Positions 29,017 through 43,625 of a stretch of 64,000 nucleotides of DNA are shown here, in pieces. Below the pieces are notes generated by a model, which worked only from the letters and a program-made list of their open reading frames with translations, was not told the origin of the DNA and did not search any database. This stretch comes from Eledone cirrhosa (lineage: Eukaryota): assembly GCA_964016885.1 (NCBI GenBank), contig OZ024745.1:39742001-39806000 (forward strand), given 5' to 3'. The position numbers were made by a program, and so were the translations under genes. Position 1 is the first letter of the stretch, and the number at the start of each line of letters is the position of its first letter.

Positions 29017-29355
<339 letters not shown>

Positions 29356-29481
29356 ACTACCCACCTATACATTAAAAGAAAGGGTCCCACAGGACAAAGT
29401 TGAGAAACATCGTTAAACAGACAGTCTCCTCTCATCAAATTCTGGAAATTAGTACAGTTTCGGTGCATTAAGTTTGAAACC

Positions 29482-29516
<35 letters not shown>

Positions 29517-31307
29517 CATGTCTGCATGGCTTAGAGGTAAAAGAGAATCCCGAGCTTGGTTTCATGAGAAGGAAGAATTCGACGTACGAGCAGCATTCCG
29601 GTGAACAACGGTAGTCTTTTACTTCTTCCTTATAAATATTTAGTAATTGATGATCACAGCATATTGATCATATGTCACAAAATAATATACAATAGAAACT
29701 CAATGAATTTAATACAAATATCGTTGCTCAATACACAATACACTTCTACTTTATTTCATATTTCGAAACTAGCCAAAAAACAGACCTCAACGTAATATCT
29801 AGAAATAACCATCATCGCTTCCTCAAACTGTATTCTACCATCTTAAAATTACTAAAAAAAAAATTGGATAACATAATTCTGTGAAGCCCTATGGACTATG
29901 TAGCCCTGAGAAGATATAATGATTATGCCTCAAATATATCTTATCACATTTTACCATGAAATACATAACACGCGCTTCTAAATCCAAGTATGGTATCGCA
30001 ATTTACTACATTGGTCTTTCTAGAAAAAATAACCAAAGCGTCATCGAATAGCGCGCAAGTGTTTCAAAAACTGAAGGACATATTAGATTCTATTAAACTA
30101 GAAATGTCCCAAAACACGAATGGTCACCGCTGTAAGGTATGAGTAATTCAATTGATTAATCGACGATGGGAGATAAATCAGTGCTAGGAACAAGATATAA
30201 ATATAAGCTATTTCACATGATACGGCAATTCCGAGATATAAAGAATAATATACAATATTAACAAAATTATATTTCAGAAAGAGAGCACGGTGAACAACTA
30301 TCATTGATCCTCAATAAAACATAACAAAAATTATGTTACTTGTACAAGTAGTCAACAACGATTTATCATAAATGTCATCAGTGAAAATAATCATAAACCT
30401 CAAGAGACAGATGATGATTTGACAGCCAACATCTTAATGTAAATTATATTCGACACTATAAACACTAATTTGAGACAATGGCAACATATATTTTTAGAGA
30501 TAGAATAACCGAGTTAAATATAATGAAAGATAAATAATTCATATTATGTGATTTGACCGTTTGTATCAAGGTAAGAAGCTGGTGAATTGATATTAAATTG
30601 AGATTTGCAGTACTTAATCCTTTCTTTTGTGTTGTGAGATAAAATACAATCAAATTCAACTTGTCAATTCAACAGGGATCGATAATATTTATACCAATCC
30701 GTGTCAATAGATTTGTGCATTTTATTGAGCGTTGAACAACATTTCCTGCCCTATTTGATCGAACTCCCCAAGTAATATTTGCATATCATTTTTCCAGAGT
30801 CGACAAGAAGTACTAACGAATTGGAAAATGTGTTCTGGACAAAACATTCTGAGTGTTTCGGTAGTTCTAAAAAAACGGTTTGAAAGGAGCCTACAAAATG
30901 TAGTTACGTAAAAAAAATGTAGGAATTTGACAGACAAGGAACATGATATTATTAATTCAAATGTCCCTTTCCAAACACCTAAAACTCGTCAAGAATTTTT
31001 CTAGGCGTATTCTGTCTAACTATTGGCACAATAGGTATTATACGATATTTTTACTCAGTGGCTACACTATTTATTCTGGTTCAAATTAGTGCTCATAATG
31101 TTTTATTATTTCCACGAAACCAGTATTGTGAAACATTAGGTAGACGAAAAACACCACAGAAAAATTGGAAAGAGGCATTCGGGTACAAATATCACGATTG
31201 TTGTCTGTAAACATGCTATGACTGATTTTTTATGATTTAGCTAGATTCAAAACGTTTTTTACAGAAAAGATTAGTGAAAATCGAAAAGTGTTGTAATCGA
31301 GAATTAA

Positions 31308-31762
31308 GTAGGTAGTCGGTTATAGACTTGATCAAATAACAATGTATTGTAAAAGTGACTCCTCCCATCATCTGGAAGTGGAAAGTATATATCGAGTGAT
31401 ATATATATATATAATATATAAATATATATATATATAAAACAAAGGAATTGTGGTAAGGAACCAGATGGACCATAACGCACCAGAGTACTCAATACTTAGG
31501 GTAGTAGAGTGGGAAATAGGAAAAAGTATGACCCCGACGGCAGAGCTCAAGCCGTTTCGACGGCTATTTATCGTCTAGAAATAGCCGTCGAAACGGCTTG
31601 AGCTCTGCCGTCGGGGTCATACATTTTCCTATTTCCTACTACCCTAAGTATTTAGTATTCTGATGCGTATGGTCCATCTGGTTCCTTACCACAATTCCTT
31701 TTTACAATACATTGTTATTTGTTCAAGTCTATAATCGACTATCTGCTATCGGGGTCATACTT

Positions 31763-31767
<5 letters not shown>
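31308..31767. mobile_element. Palindromic non-autonomous Penelope pLTR derivative
   Basis: Inverted arms centred near 31573 (gccgtttcgacggctattt...aaatagccgtcgaaacggc); arms match the 56775-56905 pLTR tail. Confidence 0.85.
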
Positions 31768-31815
<48 letters not shown>

Positions 31816-32339
31816 ATATATATATAAAGGACTCGTGTAGTGAATGTGTTTGAAACAATATAAGAAAACCAATTTCCCCTCCAACAAAGCCCTCATTAAC
31901 TTTTTCAGTTGAAGAGGTGGAATCAGGGCGGTCTTTTGAAATGTGTGTGGGAGTGTCGGATATGGCTTGAGTGAGTGACTCTCGTTAAGCACCAATATAT
32001 TGGAGGAGGGAGGACAACTGAGGAAATGATACTTGACCTAGTGGTCAGTGCGACCTTGGCTTATTTGGGGGATTTCTCCATTAGTAACCCTCGGGATTTG
32101 TTTTTGTTCGTATTTTGATACGGCTCTCTTTCCGTTGTCATTGATTACACACAAAAACAATACTATAACACCATGTGTCTTTCTTGGTCAATTTTACAAA
32201 AAAATGAGCCTTGCATGTGTAATAAAGAAATCAATATTAATTTAAGTATAACTTATGTAAAATTTTGTTTCCAATATTAATTTGAATATAAAGCCTCAGT
32301 TTTAAATCCTTCTATAGGAATAGTGATTTTTCGTGTAAT

Positions 32340-32988
32340 TAGCAATGTGAACGAGTTCCACTGAACAGCTGGAAAGTTAAAGTATCTCGGGGCCATGTTT
32401 ACGAGTGATGGCAGACAAGCGGCTGAATTAAGTGAAACATGTTTAGGAGCTGGTTCAGAAGTACGCCAGTTTCATCATTCAGTAATCAGAAAAACGATTT
32501 AAAGGAAGTTCATTTTAAAAGCGAGTTTCATTAGCTTCAATTTGGTATTCGTGCCAACCCTTATCTATGGTACTGAATCTTGGGTAATGATCGAAAGAAT
32601 ACGATCGCGAATACAAGCGGCTATAATGGGGTTCCTCCTAAGGATCTGTGGAGTTACGTGACTTTATAAAGTGTGTAGTTCGGAGATCAGCGAGTCACTC
32701 TAGGTAGAGACGCAACTTCTACGAATTCAGGCATCTCAGCTACAAAACTAATGGCAAGTGGTTAGAATATCTCAGGGATGAAGCACTGAACAGATTTTAC
32801 GGGAAAAAATCAGCGGCAGGAGATCCATGTGTCGATCCCGTGTAAGATGGTCGGATAACGTTCATGAACTTGGTTTGGGGATCCAGTCACATCAGTTGGA
32901 GACGGTTGCTTCTGACAGGACCCATTGGAAGGAGTGTCTGATAGCTCTTCCCCCATTACACCCCCGGAAAAAGTGGGTGAAGAAAAAA

Positions 32989-32990
<2 letters not shown>
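32340..32990 (+). mobile_element. Decayed RTE-clade LINE 3' portion
   Basis: Remnants of KYLG, LIYGTESWVM and RVRWSDNV motifs. Confidence 0.7.
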
Positions 32991-33030
<40 letters not shown>

Positions 33031-34371
33031 CATGGATTGGAGCTTATGAAAATGGTGACATCGCCTGGTTTTAGTTCAATTCCCTTTCGTTACATGCTGT
33101 TTCTGAATTTTCTAGCCCATTTGAAATATTGTTCTCTTTACTAATTTGGCTGGATTAATTTTTTTTTCTAATTTATGAATATTTCATTGAGTAAGATTGA
33201 ATGCATTGCATGGGTTACTTCTATTGAATAGAATGTGTATGTATTAGAGACTGGTAGGCAATAGTGTTAAGTGCACTGCAGAATATATGGTGCTATATTA
33301 TCTCGTGGTAGAGATTTGACAGAAAAGGCGAAATTTAGGAAGATTGTGGCCAGACGAAATTAGCGGTTTATTACGAGAATAATCTTGGTTTTATTACGTT
33401 ATCGTCTATTTTGAGATATATTTTTGGTTTCCATTTATTATTTTGTTACAAGTTGATGTGTTTTTTGAATAGGCATTAAGTATTTTGGTGGATGATTTGC
33501 TTGAAATGCGAGATATTTTATTATATTAAACTTTTTATAATTTTAACTTTTTTGGAAATGAATAATTGTATTTTGTATTGGGTGTCTTGAGTAAGTAAGC
33601 AGTTCTATATTCGTTTATTATTATATAAGTTGAGCGTAGTTACACACAAACACACACACATACAAAGCGACACAGACACGCAGTGCGTGCGTGTGTAAAT
33701 CAAGAATATATTCATATACACTGAATCTATTATACACATCCACATAAGAACAAATGTATATTAATACTTTTCTTCTGTCTTGCATATGCTGATAAGCTAC
33801 AGGTTCTGTTTGCTAAAGGAGACATTCTAATAAATTATGGCGTCAGCCTACACAAAACACCTGCTTCTAAAATACGACAAGCATGCAATCTGTGCATCAC
33901 AGAATTATCGTGGTGTACATAATTTCTGTATAATGGCGGAGGAAGACACGCAAGAATGCAATATAGCAATCAAAAGACTGAAGCATTCGTCTGATAAATC
34001 CTTTAGTCTTGCCAGGTGCAGGGATATGCTCACATGACTATTATGCTTATATTTTTTCTAAATTTTCAATAGTTTTTTTTTAGTATTCTCACAGCTCTAC
34101 TGAGCGCCGCTCTGTGAGCTTTGCTTAAGTGCTAATTTCTTTCTTCTTTTTATTATTCCCAGCGAGCACTAGGCAATATTTGTGAAACTCAGTGTAATGA
34201 TATTTTATTTATATTGATATTTCATAGAAGACTTGGTGAAACTCTAGTGTATTTGATCGACTGTTTAATGGTTAAGCTGGCATTAATCGTAACATATTAT
34301 GTTACTGTTTCTAGTTGCACATAATTATTGGGGCCAGTTACTACAGTGTGCTTATATGCTTTTGTGTCATG

Positions 34372-34506
34372 TATATATATATATAACATATACACCAACA
34401 CACACATACCCAGACACACACACACATACACACGCACATGCATACACACATACAGACACACAGACGTACACACGCGCGCACACACATATACATATAGGTA
34501 CATATA

Positions 34507-34603
<97 letters not shown>

Positions 34604-34650
34604 TTATGTGTGTGTGTTTATGCGTGTGTGTGCATGTGTGTGTGTGTGTA
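34372..34650. repeat. (CA)n/(TA)n/(TG)n microsatellite
   Basis: Direct reading. Confidence 0.95.
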
Positions 34651-34733
34651 AAGTGTAACAGAAATAAAAACAGAATCGGTACAGTATATGGAAGGAATAT
34701 ATTAGGTTAACACTTGAAATAGCAGGAAGAGTG

Positions 34734-34769
34734 TCTTAAAGTTTCGGACGCTAGTCCTTCACCAGAAGA
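34734..34769 (-). ncRNA. Degenerate minimal hammerhead motif at the end of a purine-rich Penelope-like 3' region (~34660-35500)
   Basis: Minus strand TCTT-CTGGTGA-A-GGAC-TAGC-GTCC-GAAA-CT-TT-AAGA; A6 to G change. Confidence 0.5.
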
Positions 34770-35518
34770 AAGAATGAAAAATTAGAAAGATTGAAGGGAC
34801 GGCGGGGCGGAATCGGAAAAATGCTTTTTGAGGAAAATAACAGGTCCATTCTTGTTGCCATCTCTTGGAAAACTGTTGATGCTGGCGTATGTTGGCACCA
34901 TACCCAGGACCTACGACAATGCCAGTACGGTGACAACAGTTGAGGGTCATGAGGGAGAGAAATTGGCAGAGACGGAGGGGCTAAGGTGGTTAGCCAAAGC
35001 GTGTGTAGATTAGTAGTCGGTTGAGGAAAAAGGGAGGTAGGTGACGGGATAGTATAGTTAGCGTTGGAGGTTAAATGAGTATGGGTGGTGACAGCAGGGG
35101 GCAGCGGAGTGAAGGAAGTTTGTTGTTTATGATGAAAGTGAGGAAATTGAAGAGGAGGTGATTGAGGTAAAAGATGAATTGGATAAGGGATCGGGTAGGA
35201 AGGGGGTGGGAAGTTGAGGAGATAGAGACGTAGGCTTTGGGGAGATCATGGTCGAGAGAAGAGATTTGGACGAGAGTAGATCGGATAGTCGTCCACATGA
35301 GCTAGCGAGAGGAGCGGGTAAGAATGGGCTCAGTGGTGGGATCGGATTAAGAGGGGGGGGTGGATAGCTCGGGGAATGAGGTGTTGGTGGTAGAGACAGC
35401 GACTTTTGGGGCATGATGAAAGTAGTGTGATGAGAGAGAAATAGACGGGTGAGAAGAATGTGGAAGTAAGAAGAGTATGGAGGAAAAGTGATACAGAGTC
35501 GTGGTATATTTAAATAAT

Positions 35519-35703
35519 TGTTTCTACTTTAGGCACAAGGCCAGCAACTACCCAGTGCCTCACTGGTACTTTATTTTATCGACCCCGTAAGGATGAAAGG
35601 CAAAGTCAACCTCGGCGGGATTTGAACTCAGATCGTAAAGGGACGTAACTATGCTAGAAAGCATGGCGTCCGACCCTCTACCGATACTACCAATCCACCG
35701 CCC
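35519..35703 (-). mobile_element. Full-length tRNA-derived SINE with target-site duplication
   Basis: gtggtatatttaaataat at 35501-35518 and 35704-35721. Confidence 0.92.
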
Positions 35704-35999
35704 GTGGTATATTTAAATAATGCAAGAAGCAAAGAAAATATCAGTGATACGAAAAGATTTCCTCGTTGAAGTTCAGGTAAACTCCGGGTGTATATCCAGT
35801 TTCATAGTGAAAATCCAATTTCAAAATTCAACAAATTTGAGAGGTCCACGTAAGAGTTGATATATATATATATGTGTAAAAGGTAAACAGAAATAACAAA
35901 ACAATTGGTACAGTAGATTGTATATTTGTGTTACTATAATGTTGTTTGTAATATTAATCGAAGGGAAACCAGTTGAGAAATACAACGGGTCTAAAAACA

Positions 36000-36423
36000 T
36001 CTGACTGATGAAATGACAAGTCAGTCAATCATATTGGTGGCCCTTCCACAGCCTCGGCGGAGAGAATAGAGAAGGACTTTCCCCGCGGGACGACAAGGGA
36101 CGTGCTGGAAAAGCCACTCTAACCCGCGGGGATCACACCTGCGGCTGGCCAGCTCAGCGCCTATGGTGATGAGTAGGGAGGTAGCCCTAGGGCCGAGGAC
36201 ACCAGATGCCTCAACTGCCAAGGGTACAATCGCAAACCTATCGGAGAGCGACCGGCATTTGATGAGTTCGGCCTCCTCAGCCCGACTAGCAGCAGAACCT
36301 GGGTTAGTCGCAGACTGCACCAGGTTCCGGATGGAGAAAGTGTCGGTGCAAGTGGCATCTCAGACGAGGGGTTTGCCAACGCAGAACAGAAAGATGGACT
36401 GACTTGTCATTTTATCAGTCAGA
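36000..36423 (-). mobile_element. CRE-like RLE non-LTR 3' fragment bounded by 31-bp inverted repeats
   Basis: GKPLV*DATCTDTFS...GSAASRAEEAE...FAIVPLAVEASGVLG; IRs 36000-36030 and 36393-36423. Confidence 0.7.
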
Positions 36424-36442
36424 GATTGGAAGGAATATGTAT

Positions 36443-36490
36443 CAACATCGATCGATTTCAGCTTTTATGTCACAAGCCTTATCAAGGTTG
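36443..36490 (-). ncRNA. Minimal hammerhead ribozyme (U3/A8 variant)
   Basis: Minus strand CAACC-TTGATAA-GGCTT..AAGCT-GAAA-TCGA-TC-GATGTTG. Confidence 0.65.
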
Positions 36491-36621
36491 TACTGGGGTC
36501 TGAAGAATATTCCTGGAAATTATGAAGGAAGCGATTTTGGAGATGTGTAAATGTCAGTAAATTATTTCAGTAAATGTTATTGCCGGATACCTAGTACATA
36601 ATACAAACATTATGTACTGAT

Positions 36622-36727
36622 ATCCCGCCGAGGTTGACTTTGCCTTTCATCCTTACGGGGTCGATAAAATAAAGTACCAGTAATGCACTGGGTAATTGCT
36701 GGCCTTGTGCCTAAAGTAGAAACAATT
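36622..36727 (+). mobile_element. 5'-truncated SINE inserted in a hairpin
   Basis: Same SINE family; attatgtact duplicated on both sides. Confidence 0.85.
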
Positions 36728-36854
36728 ATGTACTAGATATCCGGCAATTACACCATTGACCATCTGCTCATAGCATTTACTGGAATAATTTACTAACAAG
36801 GCTCTGATACCATCAACACTATAAACACAGAGCTGGCATATCTAAGAACTGACT

Positions 36855-36912
36855 AACTGCCTGATGAGGCCATAGACATTCAATGGCTATCATCGAAATA
36901 TATATAACAGTA
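36855..36912 (+). ncRNA. Minimal hammerhead-like motif
   Basis: ACTGC-CTGATGA-GGCCAT..ATGGC..C-GAAA-TATATA-TA-ACAGT; stem II imperfect. Confidence 0.5.
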
Positions 36913-36967
36913 AATAAAGGATTATGAGTTCATGCAACTGACTTATGTTTCGTGACTATATATATAT

Positions 36968-37018
<51 letters not shown>

Positions 37019-38499
37019 AATATACATATATATATATACAAGTGTATGCGTTTTTATTGGCACCATGACCCTCCCAAAGTATAAACATGTATATATATAT
37101 GGGGAGGGACGTGTGTATGTGTCTCTGTGTATGTACATGTACGTATATATGTTGTTATGTTTCCTCATATCGCTAAAGAAATATTGTATACCTTGGGCCT
37201 CAAACTTTGCAAGGTGCATTTTATGTTGTCATTAGTTGTACGAAGAGATATATGCGAAATAGTTTTTTTCGTTAATCATGTCTTCACACACTGCCCATAC
37301 GCTGCAGTTACTTCATTACTAGTATTTATCTGTTTCTATCAAGCTCATATTTGTCGACAGTGTTGACCTTTCCATGTATTTGCTACCTCAAGCCACGCGG
37401 TGCGATCATTTTTGTATGACATTCTACGAACCTCTTTTTTATTGTATAATTATTTTACAATTTTTTTCTTTTACAATTTCTCCTGTTTCTCAATTATCAC
37501 AAATCTGAAGCGTGCAATTTACATTTCGACATAATTCCAGAATGCTTCTTTAAGTCATCATGAGTATTTCTATTATACCCAGCGTGCATATCTTATTTCA
37601 TAAACCTTCCAATCTCATTTGGTGACGATTCTGAAAAGATTCTGCCATTCATTGAAACTAAATAGCACCTTGAAAGTATCATAAAATTCATTAGGGCAAA
37701 TATCTAGTTTGCGTGATATTACGTGTTACATTGGCTCAAGCGCATCATTTACCATAGAATTCGAAAGATGATAGACAAATCGCCAACACTTGAGCAGATT
37801 TATCGTATCATCATAATGATAAAAGTTTCAGATGTACAACAAATACACAAAACAACACAATAAAAACCAAACAAACAAAAAATAACGAAAATCTCAAACA
37901 ATCATAAATACATAGTAATATATGACTGCCAGCAAATTTCAGAAAGTCTTGCAATTTGTAGCCATTAGGGCTTTCCATAGATACTCAATAATAATAACAG
38001 TTAATTTCCATATCTAGCTTAAAAGATGATAAGAGTATTTTGAATCTCAATTTTCAACGTCGTTCTTATTTGGTAATGGTAATAATGGCTCTTTCCACAC
38101 TAAAAAAAATATCTGTTTTAGATAAAGATAAGAGAATAACAGAAAATCGTTTAACACAGTCTCGAATATATCCAGTTGAATGTAATTGCTATTAGGAATA
38201 ATAGAAGTTATATGGAAAAGTTTCGCTCTAACGTGTAGTTTTGCGTTATTTGCCTAATTTTCTATCATATTATCCACCTCCTACTTATTATCATCATTAT
38301 TCCATGTTTTTTTTTGGTATGTTCTATATTGAATTTATATGATTGTTGATTATATTTAATTCTAATGTTTAGCGGATATACGCCAATATGTGGGTATACA
38401 TATTCGAGAGTGTGTAAGTACGGGCGTCTGCGTGCATCAGGTCCAATTGCCAATTTTGAGTCTGTTACTCATTATGAAAATATACACTCACAATCACAC

Positions 38500-39129
<630 letters not shown>

Positions 39130-39719
39130 TGTACGCTTACAGAAAATATTACAGGATTATAATACAATACAATGATGATACATGTTAGTTTAAGTATTGA
39201 AAAATATGAAAAGAAACTTCAGATTATCTCTTTATCGATAGAAAGAAAGAGAGAGACATATTTGGAAAAGAGAATAGGAAATAGGATGATAGAGAAAATC
39301 CAGTAGAATAAAATGTGGGTAATAGTCATGAGGAAAGACCACGTGTAGTAAGTTAGTCATCATGGAAAATAAGTATTTCAGTATGAGATTCATGTGATGT
39401 ATGTTCACCAGAGGTGAAATACAAATCAATGAGGTAGGAATAAATGTGTGTGTGATTGTTTGTCCGTAGACAATCATGTACGTATGAAGATTATACGGTG
39501 CATCATGCATTGACTATGATAGGGTTTCTATTTGGTATTGGTATAGATGTACGAGAGAGCAAGCACACACCAGCTTTGTGAGTGACAGTAGCTGAGTAGG
39601 TAGTCGTTTGTTTTGGCGTACAAATGTGTCTAAGGGTATATTCACTCTCACACATATGAGCTTATATATGTCAACCTTATAAGGTCAACCTTATATATAT
39701 ACGGCGTTACAGTAATAAT

Positions 39720-40330
39720 TTATTGTGGGTTGACCTGCAGAGCTACGCGTGAAGGCGACAGACGATATCGATGTATTGCAATTGAATGTGGAAGAATATT
39801 TCGGGCCATCGTGTGTGGGGACCTTCCCAATGGGTGTAGGTGTGTGACTTGGTGAGCCAAAGCAAGGAAATTATCCAAGTGAAGTACTTGGTGAAGACGC
39901 GGAATAATTAGGGCCAAGAAGGTCTCCATAATACCTAGCGTACTTAGATGGGTATGGAGAGAAACAGGAATTTACATAATCAAGAAGTGTTCGGTGCGAG
40001 TTAGATGAGTATTATGTGAGGAGCAGAAAAGTGTATATTAAGGGTGGGGGATCTCAGGGAGTGACACGAGGTGCTGTCATATTCATTGATATCGGTGGCA
40101 GCAGCTTGAAAATCGGTGTCTACACCGAATGAAGCAAGAAGCCATGAGTTGAGACTGGCTTTCAAATTCATGGATTTCGCTACGGCTTACCGATATTAAA
40201 GTGTTAGGAGTATGGAATGTGTGGTGTAGTTGGAGAGTTAGCTTATAAAATTGAATGTGATGGAGGAATCAGGCAATAAAGAGATTTTAAAAAATGGACT
40301 GTTCAGGGATTCAAAGGCGCTGAGTCGGCG
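39720..40330 (-). mobile_element. Highly decayed Penelope-like relic
   Basis: Remnant motifs HSIL*ANS, HIPYS, SEIHEFESQSQLMASCFIR and TFNCNTS in the expected order. Confidence 0.45.
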
Positions 40331-40469
40331 AAGGCTCGGTGTTAAGTGATGCTTCACGGCCGAGACTCTTTAAATATGAGGCAACATGGATGGCTTGGCA
40401 TGAGAAAAGGTGCAACAGTACATGCAACACAAAGACCATACAACATGTACATTTAAATACGTGCATACA

Positions 40470-40505
40470 TCTCTCTCTCTCTCTCTTTCTCTCTATCTCT
40501 CACTA

Positions 40506-40583
<78 letters not shown>

Positions 40584-40645
40584 CCTGTATCTGTCTGTTC
40601 TACTCTGAATATCTCTCTCTCTGTATCTCTCAACGTCTCTCTCTG
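40470..40645. repeat. (CT)n microsatellite
   Basis: Direct reading. Confidence 0.95.
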
Positions 40646-41587
40646 TTTCCGACTTTTCGTTTCTCACTATCGTCTCCCACTTGCCTACTAATTCCTCCTG
40701 TCGTCAGGCTATTTATTTCGCCTTTCGACTGCTAGTACTCCTAAACATCGGATAAAATATCCTCGTAGTGTAGTGTCGCATTTACGAAAGTAAATTTTGC
40801 CTGTTTTGGCCTCTTGATTTGCATATGTAGATGCACTGTGTGTTATCCATCCATGTATACGTTGTAACGTATTTATCTCCATTAATCAAAATATACCCCT
40901 ATATTTCCTCCTCTATTCTCTGTTTGTTAGAGTCTCACATGCATTTCAACAAAAGAGCGGGCTCAAATATGTAGAGCAACCTGACATCACAGCTGCTGTA
41001 CCTCCATAATGCCCGAAACTTCGTTGCCAGCAAAGCGGCTAACGGTGCATTTTTCTGCTATGTATTTGTGTGCTTGTTTGGCTGACATTTGAGTGGAGCG
41101 ATTACACGTTGAAGACGTCCTGCAGCGTTCAGTTATGAATTTCTGCAGATATTACTTAGCTACTGTGAATAACAGTTGCAGCTGGAAGAATTATGAACCG
41201 ATGGCCGCAGAGCTGCGTCCATAGTCCGGATGTATCTGGTATTCAAATATCTTTACACACACGTAGTAATTTATTTGTTGATAACCAAATGTGTGCTTGA
41301 GTGTGTATTTAGTGACTGACATTATCCGCTGATATGGGGAAGTTGATTTCTTTTCTTCTTTTTCTCTGTCGTATAGTGATCATTAATAGTTCATTACTTG
41401 CTTTGTATCATACGATATTGTGCTATGTTTGTAGAAATTCAAAGTTTTAAGTCGTGATATAAAAATATATAATTCGCTTTCAAGTTGAGTTAGTCTATTT
41501 TCTTACTTCTATATTTTAGCACGTTAATGGAACCAATACATTGTCGCAAGTTTTGTATTATCTCATTTTCATGACATATAATGTGAA

Positions 41588-41900
41588 GGCGTGTTGCTTA
41601 GTGATAAATGTGTTAGACAGATTGTAAAATTGAGAGGTCGATATTTGAACAGGCAGATGCGTTGTGTCTTTTAGCCAACCCGTTTTTATCCAGATGTGCA
41701 CTTATTTCAAAGGGCCAGCTTTATTAAAGCCTATTTCACCAAAACCTTCAAGTATGCACAGTCACTTAAACGTTGATTCAAGGAGCAGGCAGTAGTTCTG
41801 CTCAAACACCTGGAACACAGTTCGTCGGAAACTAGGGAAGTCCAACACCAGGTTCAGCATGTTCGCCAAGACCTGTAGCTACGTGTCGCGCTGGCTTTAT
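41588..41900 (+). mobile_element. Old tRNA-derived SINE of a second family
   Basis: ggcgtgttgcttagtgataaatgtgttagac... degenerate A/B boxes followed by gcgttgtgtctt. Confidence 0.4.
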
Positions 41901-42572
41901 TACAGTCTGCATCATAAGTAAACGAGGTCCAGTTCATTTGTTAAGCTGTCGAAAAGGAAAAATCTCATTCCCGTTTGATGATGCGTTGATTGCGCTGGGT
42001 CAATTGATCTACATGTTTTATGTTTGATTTTAGCTGTTGTTAGTAGGCTCCGGTCTAGGTCTATAGGGAAAGGCATTCCAACCATTTCTAACACGTTTAT
42101 TTTCAGACATTCTCTGAAGAATTACATTATCCGCGTTGTCTTACATTTTAACCACATTAGCGTATAATTCAATTCGGTGATATTTCTAGCACATCTTATG
42201 ACACTGTAGAGGATCAATCACAAACACTAGGCTTAATTAATCTAATGAAGTTCCTGAACTTTCTAACAATGCAAGATAAATTCTAGCCAATATACACTAA
42301 TTCTCCTTCTAATGAAACAGTCACCGGCAGATGTAGAAGTTTGATGTAATGTATGGTAATGTTATAGATACAATCACATTCAATGTATGAATTAACCTCC
42401 AGCAAAGTTACTTTATATGAACGTTTCTATGAGTGATGCTTATCTAAAACCTGTTGTATCGTCTACAGTTATTTTACAAATCCAGGGAAACTATGAAGTT
42501 ACATCTCCTATTCTTGGTCAAATACGAAAGAAATAAAGTAAAAGATTGGATGGTCTGCGTGTTGTTCTCCTG

Positions 42573-42624
<52 letters not shown>

Positions 42625-42719
42625 TTATTTTTGTGTGTGTGTGTGTGCACATATGTATGTGTGTGCGTATGGATGTATCTAGAGAGGGCGATGACTGTTC
42701 ATTAAACGATGGTCAATTA

Positions 42720-43625
42720 TAATGTTCATCATCTAATTCTGGCTATGGAAACAGCAGTCGGAATCAAAAGGATTGAGAGTGAACCTAAAATAAAAGTATT
42801 GATAATTAGAAAAGAGGACAAAACTCTGATTCCTTCAGGGAAATAGCCATGTTCGATATGTAGAAAAGGAGCTGGCATAAACTCTTTAAAATGTACACAA
42901 TGCAGTTCTTGGGTATGCAAGAGATGTAGTGGGATAGCAGGAAAACTAACAGTTAGGGAAAACTACGTATGCAGATGTACAGGGAATGTTGACAGCAGGA
43001 GTCGCAGTGATAGGCACATTTTTCAAAAGCAGGTAGGTTCTATAGAAGTGGTTGATAGCTTCCGGCACCTAAGTGATCAGATTAGCATGGGAGGCGGCGT
43101 TCCGAGGCCATAGAATCTAGAATAAGGATGGGTTGGAAGAGGTTTAGGGAGCTGATTCCTCTTTTGACAAAGAAGGCTTTCTCCCTGCGTACGCAAGGCA
43201 GGTTATATGATGCCTGTGTGAGATGCGCAATGCTGCATGGTAGTAAGATATGGGCAGCAACTGCAGAGGATCTGCGACGGCTGGGGAGAAATGGAACAAG
43301 CATGCTCTGGCGGATGTGTAATGTCAATGTACGTGAACGACCAAGCATAGATGAGTAGAGAGAGAAACTGTGTATAAGAGGGATAAGTTGTAGTGTGCGG
43401 GGGAGAAGACTGCGATGTTATGGACATGTGATGCGCATGGAGGATGACCGCTTGGTAAAGAAGTGCCAAGAAATCCCACTAGAAGGAAGACACAGTAGAG
43501 GAACACCACGAAAAGCATAGGCGGAGGTGGTGAGAATCAACCTCAGATCGCTGAAGCTCACGGAGGACATGACGAAGGATCGCGACACGTGGAGAAATGC
43601 TGTGCTGAATAGGACCCGTCCCACC
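42720..43625 (+). mobile_element. Decayed RTE-clade LINE with Cys-rich insert
   Basis: NSLKCTQCSSWVCKRCSG, VDSFRHL, GWKRFRELIPLL, LHGSKIWA, YGHVMRM. Confidence 0.78.

Noticed and set aside
29990-30600. Possible very old Penelope relic
   Set aside because: Only faint peptide similarity; not supportable by eye
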